A stretch of 64,000 bases of DNA from Octopus vulgaris (lineage: Eukaryota): assembly GCA_951406725.2 (NCBI GenBank), contig OX597822.1:17422001-17486000 (forward strand), written 5' to 3'. Shown one piece after another: positions 1 through 13,405 of this stretch. Under the pieces are notes generated by a model. That model was not told the origin of the DNA. It was given only the letters and a program-made list of their open reading frames with translations, and ran no database searches. Every line of letters begins with the position of its first letter. Position 1 is the stretch's first letter. A program made the translations under genes and the position numbers.

Positions 1-153
1 GTTTGCTGTTAGGAAGGGCATCAGCTGCAGAAACCATGCCAAATCAGGCAATACAGCTTGAAACAATACTCTGACTTGCCAGCTCTTGTAAATTCATTCA
101 ACACATGCTAGCATGGAAAATGAACATTAAATGATGATGATGATGATGATGAT
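1..153 (+). mobile_element. 3' tail of RTE-type LINE/SINE family ending in (GAT)n
   Basis: aggaagggcatc..gaaaccatgccaaatc..catgctagcatggaaa..ttaaatgatgatgat; the same tail recurs many times in the window, attached to RTE ORF2 ends. Confidence 0.75.
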
Positions 154-2289
154 ATATATATATATGTATGTATGTTTGTAGCCACACACACATATACATA
201 TAGGCACAAAAGAGAGTAATGAAAATCTTTTAGTTCTGAGACAAAAATTTACAGAGGCTAAAAGGAGTAATGAATCAACCATGATAGACCTACTCATCTG
301 TCCCAATTGTTTAATTAACAGGATTTCTCTTCCACCTCATCCTAATTAAATGGAAGCATAAATGATTGTGCACAATTTTTTAAGATTTAACTAACTTTTT
401 CTAAATATTCCTTTAGTGTATCTTATCTATCTGTATTATGGCTGTTCTTTGCTATCATTTCAAAGCATTTTCACTTAAATGGTTATTCAGGGACATTATA
501 TATATATCCATCACATTGCTGCCACCACTTACACTTATTTATTCAATCCCACAAGTTTAGTTTGATTAACCATCAAATCCTATTGAACTTGCTTCTATTA
601 TGCTTTCTATTATGTTCCTGGATTTCACTGTTTGTCTATTGCTTAACATTTCCAAATTATCAGAGATACTTGAAACAGTCTAGTTTTCCCTATACAGTAT
701 GAAATAATTTGCTCTTACTGGATAAGACCAATCACTTCTGATTGAGAGGTTGAATAAAACAGATGTTTTATAATTTCCTTCATATAACCACATTATCTAA
801 AATTTTAAAACCTGAAATTTAGAACATGTAGTATTCATTTGAAGTATGAAAAATTTTGGAAATGGTATTTAATTGTAACTTTGACTATGTAAAGTGAGTC
901 TCTAATATTACTTCAAATTTTTTAAACCAATTATCAATATAAATGAAATAGAAAACTATAAATGTTTACACTTTTTTCTTTAAATTAAAAAACAAAAGAA
1001 AAATGAGAAATAACATACATGTACATGGAAGCAGCATTAGTTGTTTTTAGCCAATAATGATGTTACTGAATGCTACAGATAAATATAGTACATTTTCTAT
1101 ATAAAAACATGGTTGTGAACTGAAAGCTAAAATTGGTTAATTTTTGAAATTTCACTTTATGATTTATTTCATGATTAGATCAATAGCAAAAATGTTTTTA
1201 AAAAAATAAAACCTCAGGTAAATTTTACTTTTATTTTCCAATTTATTACTTACACATACATAAAAATATTCTTTTGTTACATTATTGTTACAATGAAATG
1301 AAATTATTCCTACATCAATCATGTGATAAATTTGAAAGTTACCATTAAAAAAGAAATTTTAAAAGTTGATAAAATACAATAGGTACATCTAAGACAACTT
1401 TGAAAAAATGCTTTGACATGTTTCTAACAAAACAAAAAAATAATAAATAAATAAATATAACTTTTACATGTTGAATCAAATCAATAGCAATTACCATCAA
1501 AGACTTATATAGTTTATATAATTTGATGTTTGTCTGTTACCAATATAGGTATATTCTTTGTGTCAATGGGTAACATCTTCAAGTATTCATCACAATTTTA
1601 AATACATCAATTTAGAGACACAGTGACTGAGTACATGATATACAGAATTACTTCTCCTTAGGACACCTTATGCTTATAGTATACAACTTTGCTCAGTGAA
1701 ATGAACAAATACTAGGTTGTCCCTCCCCCATTTATATCACTGAAATTGTGTATATTACACACTAAATTAAGCTAGCAAAGAAACAACAATGACTTTATTT
1801 GTTCCATTTGCATTTTGTAATTTGTACCAATATTCATTTACTTCTTCTTTAAATCATTGTATAAATAATATTCAAACCAGATATGTTCCTAACTCTAACA
1901 GTGAATGAATTATCTTAATTTTCAAAACTATGTCAACTATAAGAGGACTATGCCATCATCACAGAGATAAAAATAAAAGAAAAAAGTCTAACAGAGAGCA
2001 TTTGGTTTAATGCTCAACCTACTGTGAAAAGCATCACATGAAACTATCTTGTGCAGATTAGCATATACTATCTGGGAGGTGTTATTGTTCAGCTATGTGT
2101 GTCATTGGAAACAATCCCACATGCAAAGAAACGTTTTCTATAAATCATTCAACTGGGACAGAGAACTCCAGTGCAATAATGTGCGCATGTGTGTGCGTGC
2201 ACACATATGTATAACTGCACAGGAATAATGTACATATAAATACATTTATCCCTCTCTCTATATATAAATCTCTATATATTACTATATAT

Positions 2290-3273
2290 CATCATTTAGC
2301 ATCCATTATCCAGGCATGGGTTTGATGGTTTGACCAAGGCTGGCAAGCAGGAAGGCTGCTGCACCAGACTCCCATCTGATTTGGCATGGTTTCTACAGCT
2401 GGATGCCCATTTACTTGGCTTGATGGGTCTTCTTCTCAAGCACAACATAATGCCAAAGGTCTCAGGCATTGCCTCCATGAGGCCCAACACTCAAAAGGAG
2501 CTTTTCATGTGCCACCGGCATTGACCACTTTGCCTCTGTGAGGCCCATTGCTTGAAAGGAGCTTTTTATGTACCACCACACAGGTGCCAGTTACGTGACA
2601 CCAGGATCAGCCACGACTACGATTTCACTTGGCTTGACAGGTCTTCTCAAGCAGAGTATATTGCCAAAGGTCTCAGTCACTAATCATTGCCTTTGTAAGT
2701 CCTAAAGTTCAAAGATCATGCTTTACTCCTTGTCTCATGTCTTCTAAGGTCTACCTCTACCACAGGTTCCCATTACAGTTAGAGATTGGTACTTCTTTAC
2801 ACAGCTGTCCTCATCCATATGCATTACATGCACATACCATCGCAGTCGTTTCTCTTGCACACCACATCTGATGTTTCTTATGTCCAACTTTTCTCTCAGG
2901 ATGTTTATACTCTGTTGAACATGCATCACTGCACATCCAGTGAAACAAACTAGCTTCATTTCTTTCAAGCCTATGCATGTACCCAGCTGTCACAGCCCAT
3001 GTTTCACTGCCATGTAGCTTAGCTGTTTGCACACAGGCATCATCCAATCTGCCTTTCACTCTGAGGGAGAGGTCTTTGTTGGCAGCAGAAGTAGGAGCTC
3101 TCTGAACTTTGCCCAGCCTATTCTTATTCTCATAGCTACACTCTCGGAGCATCCACCTCCACTACTAACTTGGTCACCTAGATAACGGAAGCTATCTACC
3201 ACCTCTAGCTTACCCCTTGACAGTTGATGGAGTCTATTTTCTGTACATTTTTAACGTTTATTGTACCTGTGCA
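2290..3273 (-). mobile_element. 5'-truncated RTE-clade non-LTR retrotransposon (ORF2 C-terminus pseudogene plus 3' UTR)
   Basis: Minus-strand frames give LEVVDSFRYLGDQVSSGGGCSESVAMRIRIGWAKFRELL, LSLRVKGRL..ACVQTAKLHGSETWAVT..RLERNEAS and LREKLDIRNIRCGVQEKRLRWYVHVMHMDEDSCVKK..GTCGRGRP; frameshifted; tail at 2290-2410. Confidence 0.9.
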
Positions 3274-3274
3274 T

Positions 3275-3321
<47 letters not shown>

Positions 3322-3414
3322 CTGCACATAGTTAATGTATGTATATATGCATACAACTGTCTGTCTGTCTCCTGGGATATTTAGCAGGAGTGTTTCTCTG
3401 ACCCAGCATACATT

Positions 3415-3458
3415 GATGATATGTTCTGAGTATGGGGATGATATGTTCTGAGTATGGG
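3415..3458. repeat. 22-bp perfect tandem duplication (gatgatatgttctgagtatggg x2)
   Basis: Read directly from the sequence. Confidence 0.9.
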
Positions 3459-4573
3459 TATAATGTGGATCTTGATATTTCTAAACCAACAGCTTTATTA
3501 AAGGGTTACAACTAATGATGAAATACAGCATACAAAGTAGTTTGTCATATTTCTGCCTGTGAATAGCTTGTAGAACACAATAAAACAAAATCAGACAAGT
3601 GCATTACTTATACTTGAACTTATACAAATTTCTTCACTGGTTAGAGGTTGATATGTTTAAGTAACTATTAAAAAAGATCAAAGAAATGTAAATAAGTGTT
3701 TACTTTGACAAGATCAACTGTCTGGCATGAATGATGATAAAACCATTTGAGCAGAGTAGAGTCCTGCAAACAAAACTAATATAGGGGAAAAAAAACATTA
3801 ATGGTAAAATGTTTGAATCTGTTCTGTATAGCCTAGACAGAAATTTCACTTTTTCAAAATTCATTAATATGTTGCCATACAGAGAAAATAAAATAAATTT
3901 CATGAACAGAACTAATATGTACAAGATTATGTATTTAAATAAATGCACCATATTTCAGTAGAAGATACTATAAATAAAGTATTAGAAAAATCATGGTTCT
4001 GCCATGTATACTATTAACTACAATACCAAATTCTTTTTTCTTTTGCACCAATAATTTTGATCAAATAATAAAATAGTAATCAGAACAAGGTATATTTTGA
4101 TTTAAAATCAAAGTAACCATCAGAAATAGATAAGATCATTTTTGGAAACTTTATACCTAAAGGTAAATTCCAAAACCATATGCACTAAAAAATATAAAAA
4201 TGAAAATAATGGTAGTCATCTCAATGATATAATTAACTTCAATTTCGTTCTTTGATAAAAATTCAATTTGTAAGATTTACATGTATTCTTTAAGACTATC
4301 TACTTTTATTATTATCCCTATAACTTAATTATTTATCCATCTTTGTATTCATTATTGTTGCCTAAATGATAAAATCTTACAGTTTCTACTTTCAGAATCT
4401 AGATTTCTTTACCTATTCTTTCTCAGAAAATAAGTTTTTATCTGTTGATTGCTATATACTTTCTAAATATATTACTCATTCAATTCTACTTGATATATGT
4501 TGAATACAGTCTATACAAAAAAAATTTAAAGACTTGGAGTTAATGTTTTCAAAATAGCATATTTGCACGCATA

Positions 4574-4716
4574 TGGCATTAGGAAGAGCATCCAGCTAGA
4601 GAAACCAAGCTTGGACTGCTGAATTTTGTCAAACTGTCCAACCCATACCAGCATGGAAAATGGACAATAAATGTTACTGATGATGACAATGATGACAACA
4701 ACTACAATGATGATGA
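4574..4716 (+). mobile_element. Degenerate RTE-type 3' tail fragment
   Basis: tggcattaggaagagcatccagct..tcaaactgtccaacccataccagcatggaaaatggac..gatgatgac. Confidence 0.7.
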
Positions 4717-7238
4717 TAAATAAAAGACTGTAGAATAAAAAATATCAACCCTCCATGAAGCACAAAGATTATTCTACCTAATTATATAAAAAAAACACAT
4801 ACACATACATCTACATATTTCATTGATTAAATCAGAGAAAATTAGCCCCAGATCTATTCTTTGCAATACTTGTGGTAGAATATATTTTAGCGTAATCATA
4901 AATACCTAAAATAAATTAACAATCTTTTTATCCATTCATTTTACAACCCTTAAGCAAATATATCTTAGTTGGATGGGTCAGTTATTGACATACCATACAT
5001 CAAAACTTTTTTCAAAAACTTATTTGTGCACATTTTATTAAAATCAATGCATAATTTTCTTGTATTTTAATTAATATTACCTGAAAAAAGATTTTCTTTG
5101 GGAACTTTCATCAATCACCATATACTGAAAGTATCCCTTTATATTTTATTGATTTTATAGGAATAATACAAAATGAATTTAATGAGCTATTGAAGTTTTA
5201 TTTTTCATTAGTAACCCATGAAAAACAAAAGATAACTTGCAACAATCAAGCACAATTTGATTAATGCCTTTCAGAATAGTTCCAATGGAAAGCAATTAAT
5301 GAACCTAACTAATAATCAAATAACATTACTTGTGTCCTAAAGAGTATAAAGAAATATAGACATCTACATTGAAGATATCAATCATATAAATACCTTTACT
5401 CCATGATACTCACAGATGATATTAAGGGTGGAGATGTTTAAATAATTATTTTATCACTGTTAAATATTTTCTCTAATAGATGAAAAATTTTATTTTATAT
5501 TTGCTTTAAATTTTTAAGAATAATTTATATATTTATTGCTGTATAAATCTTCAGCTCAAATTAAGTTTACTAAGAACACTCATTAAAAAATTGTCAAGGA
5601 GGTGAAAAATGTTTGTTACTTTGGCTATGTTAATGTTATGGTACTCTATAACAACAGTAACTTTGTGTTGTATGGATCAAAAATAATAAGCACTGCAAAA
5701 TTATATTGCAAATTAGAAAAAAAGAAAAAATATCCTACTTTAATTTTGATCTTCATGTTTAGAATTAATGATTTTCTTGAAGCATCATTTTTTTTTAAAG
5801 TGAAATATATTTAAAAACAAATTTATTGTCACTTATAATTCATTTCATTAACTTTTTATTACTGGTGCAGAGCATCATTAGCTTCATTGAACTCTAGTTT
5901 ATTCATTTATTTTTTCATTTAAATTGTTTTGATTTTGGTATAATTAAACACCAAACTACTTATTTTTCAATTAGCTCAATATTATAAAAAATAGCTGAAC
6001 TTATGTTTGGAACCAATTATGCTATGACAATAAATGATCAAAGCCTAAAGTCTATTTAAAACCTTCATTTTCTACTCAAAAATATTTTCAAACTGTAATA
6101 TCACTAAAGTAACTTGATATTCATGAATAACTGTCTATTATAAATAGAATATTTTGATAATTGTCCTACATCATATTGGAGATGTCTATGACCTAAAACC
6201 CATTTAAAATACTTTTTGTGATTTGTTAAATACTAAATATCATAAAACCATTCTCATTATTCAAATTAGATTTACAAAAAGAATTGTCCCTCCTTACTTT
6301 ATTCATTGCATTTCTAGATTTCTGAAACAAATGATAGATATTTATGTTAATAATATGAGAAACATGATATATTAAAGGTTTTCCTGATGAGTGATATTTG
6401 TGGAAAAGAAACTGAATTAGTTCATTACAAATAAAAATTTCTTCACAGCTTCATAGGCCCCTTTTACATATATCCACCCACTCAATCAAAATATTTTCTC
6501 CCTAATCAATAGTTGGAACAACAAACAATTCTCAAAAGAGAAACCTCTTTTAAGAGATAACATTTTGACCAATTATCTCAAAGGAAACATAGAAATGAGC
6601 TATAAAATTGTAAACTTTCCCCAAAGAATGATGGAAAGCTATTCAACAACGAACAGTAAAAGGTTGATAGAGGAAATTATAGAATTAATGGTTGATGTTT
6701 TATAATTTATTCCAATAATTATTTTTCTTGATTTAAAAAGGAAATGCAGGTTGAGTGATCAAACAAATAAATATATCTTTCAGCATTAATACTTTTTTCC
6801 TATTGATTATGGAAATGTGTGTGTGTTTTTTGTATAATCAACAAACCAAAGACAGAAATGTAAACTAAAAAGTTGCCAATATTTCTGAAGTGCAACATTA
6901 AACATAATAATTCAAAAATTAAATGTGCACTCATAAAGAAGTAAGTCTTAATAAAATACAAGATGTAAAAAAATATTTTCCTCGTTTACGTACAATATTT
7001 TTTTAATGTTAAAGCTGCTCACTAAAAAATACTTTTAGTTGTAAAGTATTATGGTTTTTTTTTAATGCTGATATGGATTAGAGTAGTCATCTGATTTGGA
7101 TACTGTAAATGAGATATTATATTGGAACAACTGCTTTTATAGTTGAATGTTCACCTTAATGTTAATCTTGTTAGTTTAACTTTACATGAAGAGCTTGAAA
7201 ATATACTCTACTGTAGGTAAATTTTTTCGCATCATAAA

Positions 7239-8397
7239 CTGATAGACAAAATGGTGCTGAAGAACTGCATGAAAAGACATATTAATCTGGGTATGGCATA
7301 GATCGATTATAAGAAAGTGTATGACATGGTCCCCTTGGCTCCATTCCTGGATATTAGGAAGTCTTCAGTTGCTACAAGTGTCTGATGACATCTTAAATTT
7401 TATCAGGAGATCAATGAAGAACTGGAATAGAGTTAATATGAGACATATTTCAAGGAGATAGTCAATCATCATAGCTGCTTGTGATTTGTAAGAAACTCCT
7501 CACACAGATACTGTGGAATGTGACATTGAGGTACACCTTGAAAAATGGAGGAAAATTAAATCACATGTTATAAATGGATGATTTAAAGATCTTTGGGAAG
7601 AATGAACATGAAATAAATGGTCTGGTTTCAACAGTGCAGATTTTCAATAAGGATACTGGGATGGAATTTGCGATCAAAAAGTGTGGTATGCTTATTGTAA
7701 AAAAAGGCAAAGTAGTGTCGTCTGATGGTGTAGAACTACCCAATGGCAACGGAATCAAGGATGTTGGGATTGATGGATATAAGTATCTGGGTATTTTGGA
7801 GTATGACAAAATCAAGGAAAGTGAGATGAAGGAAAGATTTAGGTGAGAATATCTCAGAAGAACTAAATTAATTGTGGAAAGTAGACTTAATGGAAAGAAC
7901 AAGATCAGAGCAATGAATACATAGGTTGATTCTTTAATGTGATATGGCACAGGTGTTGTAAGGAGGGAAAAGAATGGGCTTGAGGAAACGTATAGTAAAA
8001 CCAGGAAAGTTATGACTATGAACAAGGAAGTGCATCTCAAAAGCAATATTGATAGACTGTATGTGCCTAGGAAGAAGAAAAGAAGAGATGTAAGATCCAA
8101 GTTGTCAATGAGAAGAACAGTCCAGGATGGTACATCAAATAACAGAATGAACCTCCACTTGCCACTGCTAGATATAACACAATATCTACCAAAAATGTGA
8201 TGCATCCAAAAACATTTAAGAAACAAAATGGAGAACAAAGAATAAACAACTAGAAAAAGAAAACAATGCATGGACACTACCTCATAGAAATCAAGGGGAA
8301 CAACAAGATGAACATCTAGAAGTGGCTAAGGAAAGGGGATTTGAAAGATGTTCTGAGATATTGATATGCAGCATCCAGGAACAAGTTGTGAGAACTA
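7239..8397 (+). pseudogene. Reverse transcriptase fragment of an R4/Dong-clade non-LTR retrotransposon
   Basis: LIDKMVLKNC..GMA*IDYKKVYDMVP, IFQGDS, LNHML*MDDLKIFGKNE (YMDD with a stop), GMEFAIKKCG, YKYLGILE, LNGKNKIRAMNT, IDRLYVPRK, KTMHGHY, WLRKGDLK; multiple stops and deletions. Confidence 0.85.
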
Positions 8398-8498
8398 TCG
8401 TTCGTCGTTCGCTTAACGTCCACTTTCCATGCTAGCATGGGTTGGACGATTTTGACTGAGGGCTGGCGAACCAGATGGCTGCACCAGGCTCCAATCTT
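8398..8498 (-). mobile_element. Young ~100-bp RTE-type 3' tail at the 3' end of the Dong fragment
   Basis: cttaacgtccactttccatgctagcatgggttggacgattttgactgagggctggcgaa, closely matching 53508-53595; CpGs retained. Confidence 0.8.
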
Positions 8499-11184
8499 CA
8501 ATATGACAAAATAACACAAATTACAAGACAATTGTCTCTTAAGTGTTAAAAACACAATGAATACTACTGCCATTCTTGTAATAAAAACATTATTTCACCC
8601 ACAGTCAAACAATATGCTTATTAGCCAACTCTTTCTTTCTTTCAAACCACTTGCTTTTCTACATTTTTTCTTTTAGTAGCTGATTTTCTGTTTCAAAGCT
8701 TATCGGTTTCAGTGAAAATTAGCAATATACTATATCTCTGTTCTGTTTTTTTTTCCCCCTAACCACTTCAACTCACAAAACAAGTCTTGATATTAACTAA
8801 TATGTTGTCAATTACTTCACTTCCAATATTTTAAATGTAAAATTGAGAAAGAGTCCATTTCTCATAAGCTATTAACAGGCTTAAATCAAAATATTTCTCA
8901 CATTTGTGCTTCAGGATATTATCACTCAAGACATCTACTGAAATATTTTCAACTTTTCTTATCCCTCTCATTGTGGCACATTTGATAAAGAAAAAGACAA
9001 GTAAAGGTTAAGTATTCCTACAGGTCAGCTGTGACATATGTCACAACTTACACAAGAGTGCATACTGTTGAACATTTTCTGATTTTCTTCAAGCTAAGTC
9101 TCATTCACCATTTTTCTCTGTTTTTAATAAATATTTTAACAAGTATTTTACAAATGACATGCCTTAGTTTTTTGTTGATTCAAAGCTAAAACATTATCAT
9201 TGCCATACGAAATTTGTGCAATGTGAATATGTGTGCATGTACATGAATGCATGTGCATGCAAAAGTGTGCATATATGTGAATGATGCATGAATATGTGTG
9301 AGTGTGTGCCAAGTATAGTATGCTTGCTGCTCATTGATGACTCTACAATGAAAGCTTTCCCAATTAAGCACTAGTTCTTTACCTTGCTACACTTGTCCAA
9401 CCAGCTCTTGATATTATCCAGCTATTACATTCTCTGCCTGCCTCTTGATCTACTGCTCATAAAGACCATAAATGTGTGTGCATGTGTAAAAATTCGAACG
9501 TAGATGATTTATCAAGAACTGTGCACTTTCATTAAACCAATTTCCTCTTAGCCTCTAAATTTCAGAAATTAAATATATTGTCTTCATCCTCATTATCACC
9601 ATCATTCTTACTATAATCTGAGCATAAAATTCAAAGCTTAAAAAAATATTGTGAAATTCTAAGGTATCTAATATACAAGCAAAAAATAAAATGTTGAATT
9701 CATGTCATATGTCTTCCATAGCAGATAACTATAAAAGCATTAATTAGTATTCTGTATATACATTTTGCATTTGATAATTATTGTTTAGGAATTAACTAAT
9801 TAAGAAGGAAAAAAATTATTGTGAAGAGAATTCAATTCTTTTATGTGAGAAGTCCTTCACTACAGGTATCACAAGACATTTCTGATACAGCAGCTCTGTT
9901 TCACTCATTTGCTATTCATATATATATATACATATAAGTGTGTGTGTGTGTGTGTGTGTGTGTCTGTGTCTGTGCACACACATGTATTTGCACAAACATT
10001 AATACATTTTTTAAATGAAATATTACATTGATGATAACTGAGAGCATTTTTATGGTTACTTCATCAACGCCTCAATGAAATTCTAAAAATCTGTTGACTT
10101 TACAATATTCTGGGTTTTTTGTTTAAAAAAAAAAAGGTGCAATAGAAAAATATTACAGATAAGACTTTTCTTTTTAAAAGAAATACATAGAGAGAAATAG
10201 TTGGAGATTTTGGTTTGCACAAACTGATAATCAACAAAACATTTATAACAAAAACTATTATCAATGAATATCATTTAAAAGTAGCATAGACATATTTATG
10301 ACAGGCTCACTGAATTATATAATAAGCTGACTCTTTAAAAGCTGCAAAATATGAGCAGAATAGAAATAATGTTTAAACGGAAGTTTCATTTAATACTATA
10401 TTTTTAAAAAGAAATAACATAGATTTTGTATTTATAACAATAAAAATATAAAGTTTAGTAGATCCAGTAGTATTCTTTAAGTATTTTCTTTTTTCGCATT
10501 TACAAATAAAAGTATTCTGATAAAATATAAAGGAGCTAAAGGATATAAATAGGCCAATAGCATGAATTTAGACTACTAAGTTAAGGACCGATGTAATGTA
10601 TGTGAAAAATTTTCGATTTCTATATTTTTCTTAGATTACTTGAAATTTCTGTCTTAGTTGCAGAAAGAAAACAAAAAAACCAATGATAATATTGATGCTC
10701 AAAGAGAAAAATGGAAGGTAAAATAATTTCAAGTGACTAAGAATTACTTTTATAAATTTCATATATATGTTTTGAGAGGTGATATCTTCAGGCATGTTTC
10801 AGTCTTATTGGATCTTATAAGCACAAAGCATACTCTTCTACTGATTTCCGATATGTGTGCTACTTTCAAAAGTTTCTAGTCTATTTCATTGTGTCCTGTA
10901 TTTTGTAGGATGCTAATCTTATCAATCTTTACTTAACCTTTAATGTGCTGCGGTTGCAATAAGTTGTTCTATGAGTTTTCTCCCTTGTAGCTGCAGGCAC
11001 ACTGTGTTGCCTTGAGGGGTGCTTAAAATAAACACTTTACAAAGTTTTATTTCCAGTATTTTAAGCTGGAAACAGCCTACTTTAGATTCAGAATGAGGTT
11101 AAACTTATATTTTCTGATGCTATTTGCATCGTTAATCACTTGACACAAGGTACACAATCTTTTTAATTGATTGGAGTTTTCTGG

Positions 11185-13405
11185 ATGTTTTGCCAGATGA
11201 AAAATAGCTTCTCCTGTATTTCACCAAGCTTTACTTGAAAAACTTTTCTTTGACTTGGACTGAGATGATAAGTTTGAAGGATTCAATCAGGCAGGTATTG
11301 ATGTTGAAGTAGTCAGAGGTGATGGCGAGGATGGTGCCAGTGTGATAGTGAGATCGGTGTATAGAATGGATACTATAATCCATGGCTGGCTGATTTCAAG
11401 GAAAATACTGACCCCAAGGAGGTACCTGATGGTATATCAAAGAGGCAACTTTTTCGTCTCTTCTTGAACGACAAAATTATAACTATGTTCGTCAATGAGA
11501 CAAATATATATATATATATATATATATATGCTAGTCAGGTGAAGGAAAAAAAAGAGGGAGAAATGCTGGTGCTCAATCATATATCAACATGTTGAAGGAC
11601 ACCACTTTTGAAGATTTGAAGGCATTCATAACAATTTTGCTTCTGATTGGGCTTATTAAATGCTCATTTGATTTATACTAGTTTACTGATGATCAAGAAT
11701 TATGTTTGAGTTTTATAAAAACAAATAACCAGACAAAACTTGGACACATAGAAATCTTATTAAAATTTCATGAAATAATAATTTAATAGTTCTAGTATTA
11801 AGTATTATAAGTAGAATTTGCTATGATCTACTTCTTGTATGTTTTCAGTTCTTCACTGTAGTATTCACACCCCAGTGTAAATAAACCTATGCAAAGTCTA
11901 TAATTATGACAGAATGGAAACATTGTAAACTGCACAACAGCTGCACTTTTTCTCAATTCTAAAAATGATTAACATCTACTTTATAGTTGTATAAGATGTT
12001 AATTGTATAATAGCTCAGATCTAGAAACATTACATTCAAAATTCCAAAACTGAGAGATTTCTGAGTGAACAGTATGCTCGGTAATTTAATCTGTCAACCA
12101 ACAGATTTGTTAAAACTGTATGCTCAATGATCATATTATTCACACACTAATTTGGTTGCTGGAGTGAACATAGTCACTTCTCTGATGCTATTATATGGAT
12201 GTTAAATGAACATGATTACACACACACACACACACACACACATGTACAATAATATACTTCTCTACTGATGATTTTCTTGAGATGCCAGACTTCAAGCACA
12301 TCATGGTAAGGGACAGTTTTCTTAAGAATCCTGTATTTTTACCATCATTTCGACAAATCAAAAAGAAAAATCAAGAAATCAACCTGTGCATGATAGAGCA
12401 CGTAAGATCCAGTCATACTCTGAAATACTTGTGTCACTTTAGCAGAAATACTTTTATAACAGAAAGGAACTTTCAGTGGATGAAAGCATGATTCCTTTCA
12501 AAGGAAGTACAAGTCTACTGATCTAATCTAGAAGCCAGTAAAACCAGCCAAGTGGGGCCTGAAAGCCTGAAGGCTGGCTAGTGTGAAAACTGGTTACATC
12601 TACAATTGCTGGCTGTACGAGGGCACTTGGTGTTGCACATAAAGTGATTTCTTCCTTCTTAGAGACTGTGCAAAATAAGGGACATGTTCTTTACATGGAC
12701 ATTTTTTCTCATTACCGGCATTATTTTATGATCTAACCCCACACAGAACAAGAGCATGCAGCACCAGAGTGTGCCTAATGAAATCAAAGCAGGAGGTCCC
12801 TGAGCCGAGAACCACTCCTTTAATCACACATAGGAATGGGTTCCTTTTGTACATTTTTTGGTATGACAAAAGGTCAGTGAGTCTTCTGATGACTGCCCAC
12901 TCTGCCAAGACCTTTAGAAAAGAAGTGCGATCAAAGTGTCATGAAGATCATACCTGGATTGTGTGCAAACCTTGTACTATGCAGTCCTACTCTCAACACA
13001 TGGTGGGGAAATAAACAGAGTGGACAAGCAGATGACATACTGCATGGTGCTGCAGAAATGTACCAATTGATGGAAGAAAGTTTTCTTTTAACTTTTCAAA
13101 ATATGTTTCTGCAATGTTTGGAAAGCCAAGTCAGCTCACTAGTAAATGCTGAAAAGTTCATACTGAAAAGTATCCATTCTCTACTGGAGGGATACCAGTT
13201 GCAGGAGAGGTAGTAGGACAGATGCCCTCCCACCAAAAGGCTGGTATTTACAGAACACTACCTTATCTTTAACCCCAAGTGCCTTCTTGCCGAGATTGTG
13301 CTGTTTGTTTGAACCAAGACATGAAGTGCCATATGACCCAGTTCATGAGCTGAAAGTGTGATGTAGTACTCTGCCCATACCCAACTTCCAAAGGTACCAC
13401 AGTCT
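11185..13405 (+). pseudogene. piggyBac (PGBD4-like, DDE_Tnp_1_7) transposase pseudogene; start position approximate
   Basis: Acidic N-terminus DDKFEGF; LFRLFLNDKIITMFVNETN; DLKAFITILLLIGLIK; STDDFLEMPDFKHIMVRD; ELSVDESMIPFKG; KPAKWGLKA; TGYIYN; NKGHVLYMD; WYDKRSVSLLMTAHS; C-terminal Cys-rich DCAVC..KCDVVLCP..RYH. Interrupted by (TA)n at ~11505 and by an insertion at 11699-12250. Confidence 0.9.
11699..12218 (+). repeat. 520-bp direct duplication, copy 1 (inside the piggyBac ORF)
   Basis: Matches 23748-24267 with only 2 mismatches seen by eye (accaGaca/accaCaca, gctCggt/gctTggt). Confidence 0.95.

Noticed and set aside
6384-6415. CTGATGAG..GAAAC hammerhead-like boxes (also a decayed version at 10786-10821 on the minus strand)
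   Set aside because: Helix II and the flanking helices do not pair convincingly.
6440-6775. Possible Tc1/mariner 3' remnant
   Set aside because: Too degenerate; no translatable DDD motif or paired TIR could be read.
7561-8277. Longest ORF (238 aa, minus strand) as a membrane protein gene
   Set aside because: It is the antisense shadow of the A-rich Dong RT fragment.
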